Assembly: GCA_951406725.2 (NCBI GenBank)
Contig: OX597833.1
Location: 57,412,001-57,476,000 of the forward strand
From: Octopus vulgaris
Taxonomy: Eukaryota
Reading direction: 5' to 3'
DNA length: 64,000 bases
The notes beneath the pieces are model-generated. The model was not told where the DNA came from. It saw nothing but the letters and a program-made list of their open reading frames with translations, and ran no database searches. Positions 24,713-39,216 of the stretch are shown here, piece after piece (the first letter of the stretch is position 1; each line of letters starts with the position of its first letter). A program made the translations under genes and the position numbers.

Positions 24713-24930
24713 AACAAACACAGACACACAAACACGCACATACACACATATGTATATACATATATACGACGGGCTTCTTTCAGTTTCCGTCTACGAAATC
24801 CACTCACAAGGCTTTGGTCGGCCCGAGGCTATAGTAGAAGACACTTACCCAAGGTGCCATGCAGTGGGACTGAACCCGGAACCATGTGGTTCGTAAGCAA
24901 GCTACTTACCACACAGCCGCTCCTGCGCCT
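24713..24930 (-). mobile_element. SINE-A 5' half fused to the RTE-like 3' end
   Basis: Consensus head up to the end of the internal microsatellite. The whole unit is flanked by a 22-bp direct repeat. Confidence 0.9.
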
Positions 24931-25565
24931 ATGTCAATGTTCACAAACATACACATGCTTCCCTTGTACACACACACACATATATTCATACAGAGTTGAA
25001 ATGCTGTTTGATTTTCCATTTCGGTGTTGAAAGCTCACCATCCCACTACCACTTTGCCATCACCCCTTCCTTTCTCATTCATATGTTATGATGGAGAAAA
25101 ACACAAGAGTATTATTATAGTAGATACCATGATGGTCTTCTGTAGCGTTTCTATCAACTGAGTGCTCTGACAAGTCCATTTGTCAGCCCAGTGATTTAGT
25201 GGAAAGCACTTACCGCAAATGCCATGTAATGGAGCTAAACTCAAAACGATTCAACCATGTCTATAATTATACTGTTTTTTTTTTTGTTGTTATTTTAAAT
25301 ATTGACACTGACATACCTCTTAGCCGGACACTTAACTCTATATTCCTCAGTCTATTGATTTCCAGTTCTTGAAGAAATTTACTGTTTTCTGAAGACTTAC
25401 ATCCTATATTTTTTCATCCACTTAACAACAGGAAGTTATAAAAACCTGAAAACCTCAAAAGTGCTGGGTTCAATATGAATTTACCAGGATCTCTTGGAGA
25501 ATATTTCTACTGTTTCAAGCACACATTGACACAAGCTGTCATTCAAATCTAATGAATTCCTTCTG

Positions 25566-25945
25566 CATGGCTGTGTGGTAAGGAACTTGCTTCCCAACCA
25601 CATGGTTCTGGGTTCAGTCCCACTGCATGGCACCTTAGGCAAGTGTCTTCTACTATAGGCTCGGGCTGATCAAAGCCTTGTGAATGGATATGGTATGGTA
25701 AATAGAAACTGAAAGAAGCCTGTTGTGTGTGTGTCTTTGTCTGTTTGTCCCCCTACTCCACCACACATTGTTTGAAACTAGTGTTGGTGTGTTTACATTC
25801 CTGTAACTTAGCAGTTCAGCAAAAGAGACCGATAGAATAAGTACTAGGGTCAACTAAAAAGAAAACAAAGTCCTGCGATGTATTTGGTTGACGAAAACCC
25901 TTCGAGGAGGTGCCCCAGCATGGCCACAGTCTAATGACTGAAATG
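25566..25945 (+). mobile_element. SINE-A, diverged copy
   Basis: Head, body and tail motifs are recognisable. Confidence 0.75.
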
Positions 25946-26352
25946 ATGAAAAGGTACAAGATCCACAAGATTTGAACTTAAAATATAAACGACCATAATT
26001 AAATGCTCCTGACGATTCTACAAACAATCTACCCACATCTTAATAGTCGAATATACCAATTCAGTATTTTACCGGGATTTTATTTTGGGACTCTAACGAA
26101 GGAAGGCGAAAGGCGAAGTCGATCCCATCCCGGCACGATTCTCTTAACTCAGACCTTGTTGTTATGTCATTGAGTAAACGCAGAGCACACGGCCTTTGTC
26201 CACCACCGTTCCACTGATTCTATCTTACCGTTTAATGTGTGTTTTTTCTATCAAGGAAACAGCTGTCACTGTAGATCTAAATACACTGTGAAAGCAGTTT
26301 ATGTTGGTCTCCTTGCCAGACTTCAAAGTCACACAACACAGATCTTATCAAA

Positions 26353-26393
<41 letters not shown>

Positions 26394-27570
26394 GTGATAA
26401 GGATTTGTAAACAAAGGCGCAAGGCCACGAATTGGGAAGGGGACGATAATAATAATAATAATAATAATAATGATTATAATAATAAAAAAATTTTGACGAA
26501 TAAAAAATATTAAAAATCAGTAAAGGGACAAATATATACAGTATATATTTTATCTTAGTAAGTTTATCTCAAATTTAATTTTGTGAAAAATTCTTATCAG
26601 TAAATCTATTAGATGACAGCTTTGCCCTGCAGCCAGGGTGTGCATGTGTGTGTGTGTGTGAGAGAGAGAGGGGGAGAGAGTAGGGTAGTAAGCAGGTGTG
26701 GGTGAACAACAAAAAATGGAGGGGTTATGCACTGGGATTAAAGGATTTATTTATTTATTTTTTTTAATGTGCCCAAGTAATAATGCCTTGGGAAGCAAGT
26801 CCCCATCTTTGAAACTAATATGCCTTTTTCTTTCTTTCTCTCTCTCTCTCTCTCTTTAAAATAATTGCCAAAATTGCAGTTATGCTATTATATTTTTATA
26901 TGTGGAAAGCAGCATAAAGCAATCACACACACACACACACACTTTTATAGATCCTGAAGTTAAATCTCAATGTGAGAGAAGAAAAAAAGTGAGAGGTGGG
27001 GTGAAAAAAAATAAAAATAAAAATAATTTGATAAGAAATATTGATGGCAAATCATATTTTGAACCCCCCCCACACACACACACACATACACACATATGTA
27101 CCAAGACACACAGCTTCGTTAAAATTGGTTGTATGTGGTTCAATGAATAAATACAAAGGAAACTTTGGTTTGGCACTGCAGCAATAGGTGTACAGAATGT
27201 AGTGTTGGTGGTGGTGGTTGCAGTAGAGGTAGATGTATTCCAATGACAGCATGGAACAACGAATTTTTTTTTCCCCCCCGTTTTTAAAAAATTTTTTATA
27301 GCAATAGTAACATTGATAAGGACCAAGAGAGCCAGAAGTGTGCATGTGTGTGAAGGGGAGAATGGGGTCAACTAGGCCAGTCTGCTAGAAAGAAAAGAAC
27401 TGATGACAAGGGAAAATAGGTTGGAAATGATGGAGAAGTCAGGGTCTGACACTGCAATATCAAAGACATAAGAGAAATGAATTTAGAGAAGAGAGGGAGA
27501 ACGGGGATGGAGAAGGAAAAAAGGAGAGAGTATAAGTAGGGTTAGGTGTAGATAGATTGGTAAATAGATA

Positions 27571-27615
<45 letters not shown>

Positions 27616-27910
27616 CGAGAGTGGTGTATGAGCATAAGAATATAAAGTAGGATGAAGAGAGCAGGGCAATCAGAAAAAAGGAAGGTAAAGCTAGAGGAAA
27701 GAGACAGATGGTAAATAGGGAGAAATGGAAAGGAAAAAGAGGAGGAGAAAGAAGGAAAAGGAGAGGAGAGAAAGATGGATAAGGGTGATAAAAAGAGTGT
27801 AAACAATTGGTTTATAAAACCAAGGGTTTTGCTCAGTTAAAAAAAAATTATATTTTGATGTCATTTTGTATTTGGAAGAATGGGTAAAATGGCTGTGGGA
27901 TAGTGGACGA

Positions 27911-27999
27911 GCTGGTTTGACAGTTGTGGGAGAAGCTGGGTTTGACGGTTGTGGGAGAAGCTGGGTTTGACGGTTGTGGGAGAAGCTGGGTTTGACGGT
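27911..27999. repeat. 25-bp minisatellite GCTGGGTTTGACGGTTGTGGGAGAA, ~3.6 units
   Basis: Direct inspection. Confidence 0.9.
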
Positions 28000-28126
28000 C
28001 AAGGGAGAGAGAGAGAATGGGCTGCTTTGGTTGTTATAGCATGAGCAGACTGGTTGTTTGTGGTGGAGCAAACAAGATGCTTTAACCCTTTAGCATTCAA
28101 ATTACTCTGACAAATGTAAAGCTTAT

Positions 28127-28460
28127 TTATTACCTCCACCTTAGTGAAAGTAGAGGTATTGTTTTCAGTTGTATTTGTTTATCTGTGGACAAGATACCTC
28201 AAGAACTGCTGGATGGATTCGGATGAAACTTTCAGGGATGTTTGGCCTCATGACTGGCACAAACTGATTAGAATATGGGATCAATCCGATACCAGATTAG
28301 GATTCTGGATTATTTTTCTCTTTTTTCTTTTTTTACTTAATTTTTGAGAGCGATCGTGTTCATTTTTAGTATTCTCATTTGTGAGAGCAGTCGAGTTTAT
28401 TTCAGATATTCTCATTTTTAAAACCATCTCTGGCTAATTGTTGAGAGGACGTTGGTGTTG
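28127..28460 (+). mobile_element. Helentron/DINE-1-like non-autonomous element
   Basis: Starts TTATTACCTCCACC..GAGGTATTGTTTT (5' hairpin) and contains GGATGGATTCGGATGAAACTTT. Reverse copy at 55243-55460. Right boundary uncertain. Confidence 0.55.
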
Positions 28461-28545
28461 TCTCTAGGCATTTCGCCCCGATAATAATAATACTGTTCAG
28501 TTCTATACCTTAAGAATGAAAACCCAGGTTCGAAATTTCCCCCAA

Positions 28546-28591
28546 GACACCTGATGAAGGCTGGAGAGTATATCAACCGAAACGTTGTGTT
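28546..28591 (+). ncRNA. Minimal type I hammerhead ribozyme motif, probably from a Penelope-like terminal repeat (~28495-28645)
   Basis: Stem I GACAC/GTGTT, core CTGATGA+A, stem II GGCTG/CAACC (one mismatch), then GAAA, CG, TT. Confidence 0.7.
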
Positions 28592-29019
28592 AACAACAAA
28601 CAAGATGAGGACAAATATCCGTCAAATATAAATAATGTAAATAAAGCTGTTGTTGTCACGAACAGAAATTCTTGCTGGATATAACAAATAGGTTTTGAGA
28701 CTTTTGGTAGTTTATAAATGATGAAACATTTGAAATATGAGCGAAGATTACATAATGATAGTAATGATGATGATGGTGGTGTGTGTAGCATTTAAGTAAG
28801 ATGACGGTGATAGAGATATAATAATAGAGCTGAATTTGACTATGGTGATGACAAAAACCAACAATTCTATAAAGACACAAACAGCATCAGAAAAAATCTG
28901 CTTTGTTTTATTTTTAACTTTTAAAAAAAATAATAATAAAATGAAATGAAAATAAAAAAAAATAAAACAAAAAGACATCTGAATCAACTCTGATAACACT
29001 TTACATCCTCTCTCTCTCT

Positions 29020-29344
29020 TTCTCATACATATATATACATATACACATATACATATACATACATACACATATACATATGCACATATATACATACACATAT
29101 ATATATATACACATATACATATACACATATACATATGCACACATACATATGCACACATACATATGCACACATACATATGCACATATACATATGCACATAT
29201 ACATATATACATACATATACACATATATATACACATACATATATACACATATACACACACACATATACATATACACACACACATATACATATATACACAT
29301 ACACATATACACATACACATATACACACACACACACACATACAG

Positions 29345-29391
<47 letters not shown>

Positions 29392-29500
29392 TACATATAC
29401 ACACACATATACACACACACACATATATATATATAACACACACACACACACACACACATGCATATACATATACGTTGATATGCATACACACACATGAATG
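29020..29500. repeat. Compound CA/TA microsatellite
   Basis: Direct inspection. Confidence 0.95.
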
Positions 29501-30087
29501 CATGTATGAAAGAAGGCCTTTGTGATACCACATGAAGTGGAGTTGCAGAGAGTAAGAAACAGTACCAAATTGACTCCAATGTAGTAGATATTTTGCTGTA
29601 ATAATGTGTTAATCCCCACCGCCCCCCAAAACAACAACAACAACATCACCATGATGGAACTGTTACAAACTGTCTTGGGGTCTAGTTTACTACTGAAGAA
29701 TTTTAGCTTGAACCAAACTCAGAAACCACCAACAGAGTGAAGTGAGGTCACAATAGTCTAGTCTCAGTTAGGAAGTTTGGGGCAGATTTATCTCGGAAAT
29801 AGGTTAAAAGAGAACAAAAAGATGGCGAGCCGACAATCAACAGCAGCAAGGAAGTTTTATGAAGACATGTTGGAAAGAAAGAGAGAGAGAGAGAAGGAGA
29901 GAAATGCATTATCTGAGCCACTGAAAATGCTAGAAATAGCAGCCAGTATTTAATCCTTTACCATTTAACCCATAAAGCACTGGGGGTTTGCACTTATATT
30001 GCATGGACTGCTCAGCATATTTTATGAAAATGAGACTACCATGCACACAAAAAACAACAAAAAAAAAATAGTTAAAATATCTTCTTA

Positions 30088-30506
30088 GGCGCAGGAGTGG
30101 CTGTGTGGTAAGTAGCTTGCTAACCAGCCACATGGTTCCGGGTTCAGTCCCACTGCGTGGCATCTTGGGCAAGTGGCTTCTACCATAGCCCCGGGCCAAC
30201 CAATGCCTTGTGAGTGGATTTGGTAGACAGAAACTGAAAGAAGCCTGTCGTATATATGTATATATATATATGTATGTGTGTATGTATGTGTTTGTTTGTG
30301 TGTCTGAGTTTGTCCCCCTAGCATTGCTTGACAACCGATGCTGGTGTGTTTATGTCCCTGTCACTTAGCGGTTCGGCAAAAGAGACTGATAGAATAAGTA
30401 CTGGGCTTACAAAAAGAATAAGTCCCGGGGTCGATTTGCTCGATTAAAGGTGGTGCTCCAGCATGGCCGCAGTCAAGTGACTGAAACAAGTAAAAGAGTA
30501 AAAGAG
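30088..30506 (+). mobile_element. SINE-A full length
   Basis: Consensus match. Confidence 0.9.
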
Positions 30507-31147
30507 TATATATCGTGGCAAGTTTTACATCCTCTGGAAAGTCATTAGTTGAACAATTAGTCCTCTTGCATTCTGGGGGGGCATCGGAGCATTTGAGTGA
30601 CATTAGACCCCAACAAACGCCCATAAATTAAATGCATCTATCTGGGCCATGATCGTGGCCTGTCGATCTGTACCTGATGGCCACAATCGTGGCCTGTCAT
30701 GCTTTATGTGTTAAACCAGTCACGTCTGGCCCAAATATTCTACTTGGACAAAATGCTTAGTGGCATTTCTCCTAGCTCTACATTCTGAGTTCAAATTCCA
30801 TTAAGGTTGACTTTGCTCATTATCCTTTCAAGATCAATAAAGCAAGCGCCAGCTGTGCTCTAGGGTTGATGTAGTAATCTACAAGCCCTGTTCCCCTAAA
30901 CTTCAGGCCTTGCACCTACAATAGAAAAAGTTATTCTTATTTTCAATATCGTATGGCATTTTGCCACAGGCTTTTATGCTCTAAGTTTAAACCCTGAAGG
31001 TTACCTTTGCCTTTCATCTCTCTGGGGTAAATTGAACTATGTACCAGTCAGGTATTGGAGTCAATTTAATGAACTAACCTTCTCTAAATCTCAGGCCCTG
31101 TGCCTGAATGAGAAACCATAAATATTATTATTATTATTATTATTGAG

Positions 31148-31522
31148 CAAGAGTGGTTGTGTGGTAAGACGCTTGCTTCCCAACCACATGGTTCTAGGTT
31201 CAGTCTCACTGTGTGGTACCTTGGCCAAGTGCCTTCTACTATAGCTTCGGGCTGACCAAAACCTTGCGAGTGGATTTGGTAGATGGAAACTGAAAGAAGC
31301 CCATCATATATGTGTGTGTGTGTTTGCGTCTGTCCCTCCACCATTGCTTGACAATTGCTGTTGGTATGCTTACATTCCTGTAACTTAGCGGTTCAGCAAA
31401 AGAGGCTGATAGAATAAGTACTAGGCTTACAAAGCATAAGTCCTGAGGTTGATTTGTTTGACTAAAGGCAGTGCACCAGCATGGCCACAGTCAAATGACT
31501 GAAACAAGCAAAAGAATAAAAG
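31148..31522 (+). mobile_element. SINE-A, diverged copy
   Basis: Consensus motifs present from head to tail. Confidence 0.8.
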
Positions 31523-31839
31523 AAAAGGTGGTTGCAGTCTAATGACTTGATCAGATATTTAGGAAAAAATCCAGAAGGCATAATTTTCACATACAGCTCA
31601 CAATTTAATTGTGCTCAACAGCTGTTTCATTGACATTAAACAAGGTTATATAATTATGTAATTGAGATACATAATTTAAAAGTGATTTTACCATATTGTC
31701 AGCTTGTTTATATATTAATCTTCTCTCTATGTATAGATGCATGAGAGTGTATGTGCATGTATATAGATATAGAGATAAGTTTCATCTGTCTGGCTAGCTG
31801 TCTCTCTTTCCCTCTCTCTTATATATATATATATATCGA

Positions 31840-32081
31840 GGAGGCGCATAGCTTAGTGGTTAAGGTATTGAACTCATGATCGTAAGGTTGTGGTTTCGAT
31901 TCCTGGATCGGGCGATGCATTGTGTTCTTGAGCAAAACACTTCATTTCACCTTGCTCCAGTCCACTCAGCTGGCAAAAATGATTGATCCTGCGACGGACT
32001 GGCGTCCCCGTCCAGTTGGGGAATTTCTACGCCACTGAAACCGGCCCTTATGAGCCCATCATGGCTCGAGAAGGATACCTC
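31840..32081 (+). mobile_element. SINE-E: tRNA-headed CORE-like SINE
   Basis: TAGCTTAGTGG A-box, GGTTTCGATTCC B-box and TTCTTGAGCAAAACACTT core. Head-only copy at ~21699-21808. Confidence 0.75.
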
Positions 32082-32484
32082 TATATATATATCATCATCA
32101 TCATTTAACATCTGCTTTCCATGCTAGCATGGGTTATATATATATATATACAAACATACACAAATCTATTATCTGTCAATCTTATATATCTAAGAAGATC
32201 AGACAAATAGAGAGACAGATGAATTAACTCAGTGTAAACATAGAAGTTTCAGGATAAAACTTAAACATCTTAAAGGAAAGAATGAAATAATGAGCAGAGA
32301 ATAAACCCAAACACCATGGCAGTGTCATAGACACATCAGTGGCATATCACTGATTCAGTGATGAGCAAGAGAGGCGGGGAGAGAACGGTTAGCGAAGAAA
32401 GTAAAGCGTTAAAACTCCAGAGTATTCTTCCCACTTAACGCTTAAGTAGATGAGCAGAAGACAATCACTTTAAGTGATGGCTTA

Positions 32485-32932
32485 TAATAATAATAAATAA
32501 TAGTAATGATGATAATAATAATATGATAATGATAATAATAATAATGATGATAATGAAATAATGATGATAATAATAATGATGATGATGATGATGAATAAAA
32601 ATAATGATGATAATAATAATGATGATGATGATGATGAATAAAAATAATGATGATAATAATAATGATGATGATAAATAAAAATAATGATAATAATAATAAT
32701 AATAATGATAATAAAAATAATAATAATAATAAAAATGATAATAATGATGATGATGATGATAAATAAAAATAATGATAATAATAATAAAAATAATGATAAT
32801 AATAATGATAATAATGATAATAATAATAATAATGATGATAATAATAATGATAATAATAATGATAATAATAATGATAATAATAATAATATTAATAATGATA
32901 ATAATAATAATAATAATGATAATAATAATAAT

Positions 32933-32967
<35 letters not shown>

Positions 32968-33041
32968 TAATAATAATAATAAAAATAATAATAATAAAAA
33001 TAATAAAAATAATAAAAGTAATGATAATAATAATAATAATA
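32485..33041. repeat. (AAT)n/(GAT)n microsatellite
   Basis: Direct inspection. Confidence 0.95.
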
Positions 33042-33535
33042 TTCAAGTATAAGTGTAATTAGTTCAAACTGCATTGCCTTAACTACAGCCCCAGCCAGGG
33101 TCATCATCATTATCATCATCATCATCTGCACCCCGTCTCCACTTTCAAACCGGCTACCCCCACCCAACCAACCAAACCGTAATGAAAAGGATCTTGCAGC
33201 CTGCTGCTACTGTTGCTGCTGCTGCTGCTGCCGTAATTGAGTAAAGGAGGGAATTGCATAGAAATAGGCATAAAAATAAGGATAATGTCTTGTTCAGTTC
33301 TTTCAGAAAGCATGAAAACAGAAAATAAATAAATAAATAAATAAATAGATATCAGAAGGCATGGTAGTAATAATATTAATCACCATAATGATGTTAGTAA
33401 CAATTAGTATGCTTCATTAAAATAATGTATACATGCATACAAACACACACACACATGCATGCATACACATATATACACACATACACACTTGTAAATTATC
33501 ATTTTAATTCTCCACTTTGCTATTTAAGAATATAT

Positions 33536-33888
33536 ACTTTTACTTGTTTCAGTCATTTGACTGCGGCCATGCTGGAGCACCGCCTTTAGTCGAGCAAATC
33601 GACCCCAGGACTTATTCTTTAGTAAGCCTAGCACTTATTCTATCGGTCTCTTTTGCCGAACCGCTAAGTTACAGGGACGTAAACACAATAGCATCGGTTG
33701 TCAAGCGATATTGGGGGGACAAACACACACATATATATACATATATACGACAGGCTTCTTTCAGTTTCTGTCTGCCAAACCCACTCACAAGGCTTTGGTC
33801 GGCCCGAGGAGAAGACACTTGCCCAAGATGCCACGCAGTGGGACTGAACCCGGAACCATGTGGTTGGTAAGCAAGTTACTTACAGCTA
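33536..33888 (-). mobile_element. SINE-A near full length
   Basis: Reverse-complement consensus match. Confidence 0.85.
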
Positions 33889-34456
33889 CTCCCCCTAATT
33901 TCAACCCTTATAACTATAGTGGAAAGAATAGGATATTATTATTATTATTAAATAAGAGAAAGGATCCTGATATTAGAAATCATCAGCTCACTATCTGTAT
34001 CAGCCATATTTATATTTACCCCTTCAGCAAATAAACCATAATAATAATAATAATAATAATTATTATTATTATTATCCGTGTCAGTTGTATCAGCCTTTAA
34101 AACATACTCAGAAGAGATTAACAGATTTCATTTGCAAACGGGGGTCTAATGACTCATTAGAGTTTAATAGAAACAGCATCAAGTGAAGGATGTTTTTTCT
34201 TTTTGATTTTAAGACCTTACAATCTCTTAATTAATGAGATCAGAACAGAGAAACATTACACATACAGACTGACCTTAAGGGCCTCTGGTGCTTATTTGTA
34301 TTGAAGCGCTAGAAATGCTTACAAGATACACAGCTTCCACAAGCTTAATCCCTCTAAAACAGCTAAACGATTTCACTTAATCTCCTCCCACTTACAATCC
34401 ACCTTCTTCTTCACTCCCTCTCTCCAGGTGTAGTTTCTTAATTCTACACACACATA

Positions 34457-34930
34457 CATCTATCTATATCTATTTCTGTCTATATCTGTGTCTATCTATC
34501 TATTTCTGTCTATATCTATATCTATCTATTTCTGTCTATATCTATCTATCTATTTGTCTATATCTATCTATCTATGTCTATATATCTATCTATCTATATC
34601 TATTTCTGTCTATATATCTATCTAACTATTTCTGTCTATATATCTATCTAACTATTTCTGTCTATCTGTCTAACTATTTCTGTCTATCTGTCTAACTATT
34701 TCTGTCTATCTGTCTATCTAACTATTTCTGTCTATCTGTCTGTCTATCTATCTATCTACCTCTATCTATCTATTTCTGTCTATTTATCTATCTATCTATT
34801 TCTGTCTATCTATCTATCTATCTATCTATTTCTGTCTATCTATCTGTCTATCTATCTATTTCTATCTATCTATCTATCTATTTCTGTCTATCTATCTATC
34901 TATATCTATCTATCTATCTATCTATCTATC
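34457..34930. repeat. (TATC)n-based compound repeat with TTTCTGTC interruptions
   Basis: Direct inspection. Confidence 0.95.
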
Positions 34931-36242
34931 ACCCTCCCTCCAAAGTTAGGGAATGGAGTAGATAAAATCCAGATTACATATGTTTTTTCATCTTATCAAA
35001 CTTCAATACGGGGCAAAACTCATAACCTTTTATGTCAATAAACTATTATTGTTCCTGAAAGTTGAGTTTTATACCTTCTACAGACTGCTTGAAGCTTACT
35101 ATCTCCCTACACCTTGCTCCTTAGATCTTACCTTTACATACATACATACATATACATATATAAATATAAGCTTTCATCTTTAACTTGTTTCTCAGTCATT
35201 GGGCTACGGCCATACTGGAGCACCACTCAGAAGGGTTTAGCTAAATGAATGAATTCCAGTATTCATTTATGCTTTAAGTCAAGTATTTATCCCATTTGTC
35301 ACCTTGGCAGGACTACAAAGTTACAGCGACATAAACAAACTAACACTGGTTGTCAAGTGGTAGTGGGACAAACAACACAAACAGTGACACACACACACAC
35401 ACACACACACAAATAGCCCCGCCTTTCAGTTTCCATCTACCAAATCTACTCACAAGACATTGGTTGGTCTGTGGCTATAGTAGAAAAGACATTTGTTCAA
35501 GGTGCCGTGCAGTGGGATTGAACTCAAGACCACAGCTTCGAAAAGCAAGCTTATCAACCACACAAACCACTTATTTTCTGCATGTGTGGGAATTTTCTTT
35601 TTCTGATTAATGTTTGTGTTCCATTTTCATATTTTATTTAGAAAATATTATTTATTCCTCCCCGGTTCTCTCCTCAGCTCCATCTTCCCTCCCTAAACAC
35701 TAACCTCTTTGCATCGCTGAACTCTATGAATATTACAACAAAAACGCATAAAAATAAAATTAAGCAAAATAAAATACCTGTTTGATACAAAAAAATAAAT
35801 AATAATAACAAATAAGGTAATACAATTAGTCATCAGCATAAAGGGAGGTGGGTGTATTCATTATCTGTCAACCTAATTTCAATATTTAAAAAACGTGCAC
35901 GACTCTCACTCGAGTGTAGCCTGAAAGTTTTAGTGAGTGTGCGAGAATAAGTGTGAGTGTGAGAATATTTGTATTTTTTATTTCTTTTATTTGTTTTTTC
36001 TGCCGGAGCTGCGTGGAGCTAAGGTATTTCGCTCATAAATACACATCGCCCGGTCGGAAATTCGAACCCACGATCCCTCGACCGCTGCTCTAACCACTAG
36101 GCCTTGTGCCTACACCGTAACATTACTGGCGACGAGATATTCAAAACACCCCCGAAGATATAATAACAAAGCGTGACAGGCTGGATCTGGCCAGTTTTAA
36201 CATAGGACAGGTAAAATATTCAAGCTGGATATTTTTTTTATT

Positions 36243-36643
36243 TTTTACTTGCTTCAGTCATTTGACTGCGGCCATGCTGGAGCACTGCCTTTAGTCAAGC
36301 AAATCGATCCCCAGGACTTATTCTTTGTAAGCCTAGTACTTATTCTATCGGTCTCTTTTGCCGAACCGCTAAGTGACGGGGACGTAAACACACCAGCATC
36401 GGTTGTCAAGCAATGCTAGGGGGAAAAACTCAGACACAGAAACACATACACACGCATACATATATATATATATATATATACGACAGGCTTCTTTCAGTTT
36501 CCGTCTACCAAATCCACTCACAAGGCATTGGTCGGCCCGGAGCTATAGCAGAAGACACTTTGCCCAAGATGCCACGCAGTGGGACTGAACCCAGAACAAT
36601 GTGGTTGGTTAGCAAGCTACTTACCACACAGCCACTCCTGCAC
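36243..36643 (-). mobile_element. SINE-A full length
   Basis: Reverse-complement consensus; GGATAT on both flanks. Confidence 0.85.
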
Positions 36644-36965
36644 CAGGATATGGCCGGTTTAAATTGCTAAAAGAGGTTAAAGACATATTTGGAATGGAAT
36701 TTTAAAGAGGCAGCGTAGTCAAAACTCATTTTTAATTTTTTAATTTCATACGCATTTTTTGCGAATACATCATCATTGGTTACAGGTTTCTGGCAGACAC
36801 CATAATTCGCTGTTTCACAGGATGCTGTGAGCATAAATAGACAATGCCAGAGGAAAGAACTACATAGCTTTGGCTGAAACACCTCTACCATAAGTTTACT
36901 CAGTTGGAGCTTCAGCTAGGGCTGAACAGCAACAGATGGCAAACTACAGTAGTTGCAGTGGTTTT

Positions 36966-36999
<34 letters not shown>

Positions 37000-37130
37000 G
37001 CAATAATAATAATAATGTCGAATTAAAAATGTCATTTGCTCTGTGTTAAATAAATGCCTTAACTTCACAAGTGTCCTTAAAGCAATATTTCAAAATTACA
37101 TTAGTTATACTTCCATGTTTTAAATACATG

Positions 37131-37131
37131 C

Positions 37132-37194
<63 letters not shown>

Positions 37195-37487
37195 AATATA
37201 TATATAGATATATATATATATACACACATATATATACACATATATACACACACATATATATATATAGATATATATATATATACACACATATATACACATA
37301 TATACACACACATATATATATATAGATATATATATATATACACACATATATACACATATATACACACACATATATATATATAGATATATATATATATATA
37401 CACATATATATACACATATATACACACACATATATATAGATATATATATATATATACACACATATATATACACATATATACACACAC

Positions 37488-37518
<31 letters not shown>

Positions 37519-37547
37519 TATATATACAAACATACATATATATATAA
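37131..37547. repeat. TA/CA microsatellite with a higher-order period of ~57-60 bp
   Basis: A single G-containing TAGATA landmark recurs at regular intervals. Confidence 0.85.
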
Positions 37548-37712
37548 ATACATCCACTTCTTTTGCATATTTACATTTGCGTATGAGTATCTAAATATCT
37601 AAATACATGCACCTAAACACACATGCCCATGTTACATAAATACACACACACACACACACACACGGTGCATGTGAAAAAAAACTTTGAAAACAAATGCATT
37701 TGCACGTGCAGA

Positions 37713-37769
<57 letters not shown>

Positions 37770-38778
37770 CAATCAGACAGACAGACAAAGATAAAAAAGC
37801 TAAATGTCCTCTTGGAGATTTGAATAATTATAAAAAAAAAAGTCAATCAGCCAAGATTCTAAAGCGAGTCTTAATTAACAAGGCCAGTCAGTCCTTCTGA
37901 TGGAATCCTTCATGATGAAGAAGAAAAAAGAAAATATTTGCCACAACAACAACAACAAAAAAAATGCGATTATTATGTTATTATTGCTATTATTATTATT
38001 ATTATCATTATTATTATTGTTACTATTATTATCATTATTATTATTATATGTGTGTGTCTTTGTGTGTCTGTGTTTGTCCCCCCACCATTGCTTGACAACC
38101 GATGCTGGTGTGTTTATGTCCCTGTTACTTAGCAGTTCGGCAAAAGAGACCGATAGAATAAGTACTGGGCTTACAAAAAGAATAAGTCCCGGGGTCGAGT
38201 TGCTCGATTAAAGGCGGTGCTCCAGCATGGCTGCAGTCAAATGACTGAAACAAGTAAAAGAGTAAAGAGAGTATTATTATGTTATTATTACAATTATTAT
38301 TATTTTAGTTCTTTGCTATATGTTTTTAACTTGATGTCTACCCATGAATACAGACCTATTTTATGTGTCTTCTGTGTGTGTATGTGTTTGGCTAAGTGTG
38401 TCACAATCTGGGTGTGTTGAATGTTTTTATAGCTTGAATCTATTGCACAACTAAATCCATTATACAATCTTTTCATATTTTCCAGTAATATCTAAGCTCC
38501 CGGTAAAAAGCTTATTTCAACTGCACATTGATCTTAATTTCACATCAACTGTTCTTTTTTTTTTGGGGGGGGACATGCCAATGGAGAAGCCTCTATGCGG
38601 TTGCTCAGTGACCAACTCAACCTGCTTGAAATAATAGTTAAATCTCTCCTCAAATCACACCCCCATTGTCTTAAGGAAAAAGAAATGATATATTTATATG
38701 AAATGATCTGATTCCTAAGATATACCTGATAAAGATGGGATGGTCATGACTGGAATGCCTTTCCATATAGGTCTACTT

Positions 38779-39165
38779 CAATGGTTCTTGGCTAGAGTCT
38801 ATAAGGCCCCTGAGGGTCCATATAAAATTTTTGGGGATCCACAAGGCCCCTGAAAAAATTTTGCTTTAGGTGTATGTAATGGTATGTATTGCAAAGATTT
38901 TGGGGGATCCACAAAAGTATTTTAAGGGCCCCTGAAAAAATTTTGCTTTAGATGTATATATTAGTATGTATTGCAAGAAACAGCTGGGTTTCTTTCTTTA
39001 ATGTTTTACAGAGTTCAAACTACACAAGTGAATGAGTGAAATACAAAAGAATTATGAAGTTTCTATAATTTTTTTTATTATTCATAGAATAGCTATGGGG
39101 GTCCACCAGAATAAAACAGAAATCAAAGGGGTCCATAGATAAAAAAAAATGGTTGAGAACCTCTG
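38779..39165. mobile_element. hAT-superfamily MITE
   Basis: Ends CAATGGTTCT and AGAACCTCTG. Perfect 8-bp TSD GTCTACTT at 38771-38778 and 39166-39173. Confidence 0.85.
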
Positions 39166-39216
39166 GTCTACTTGATGAGAATTCTTAAATATTGGCTTGT
39201 TTATTAAATGTCTTAG

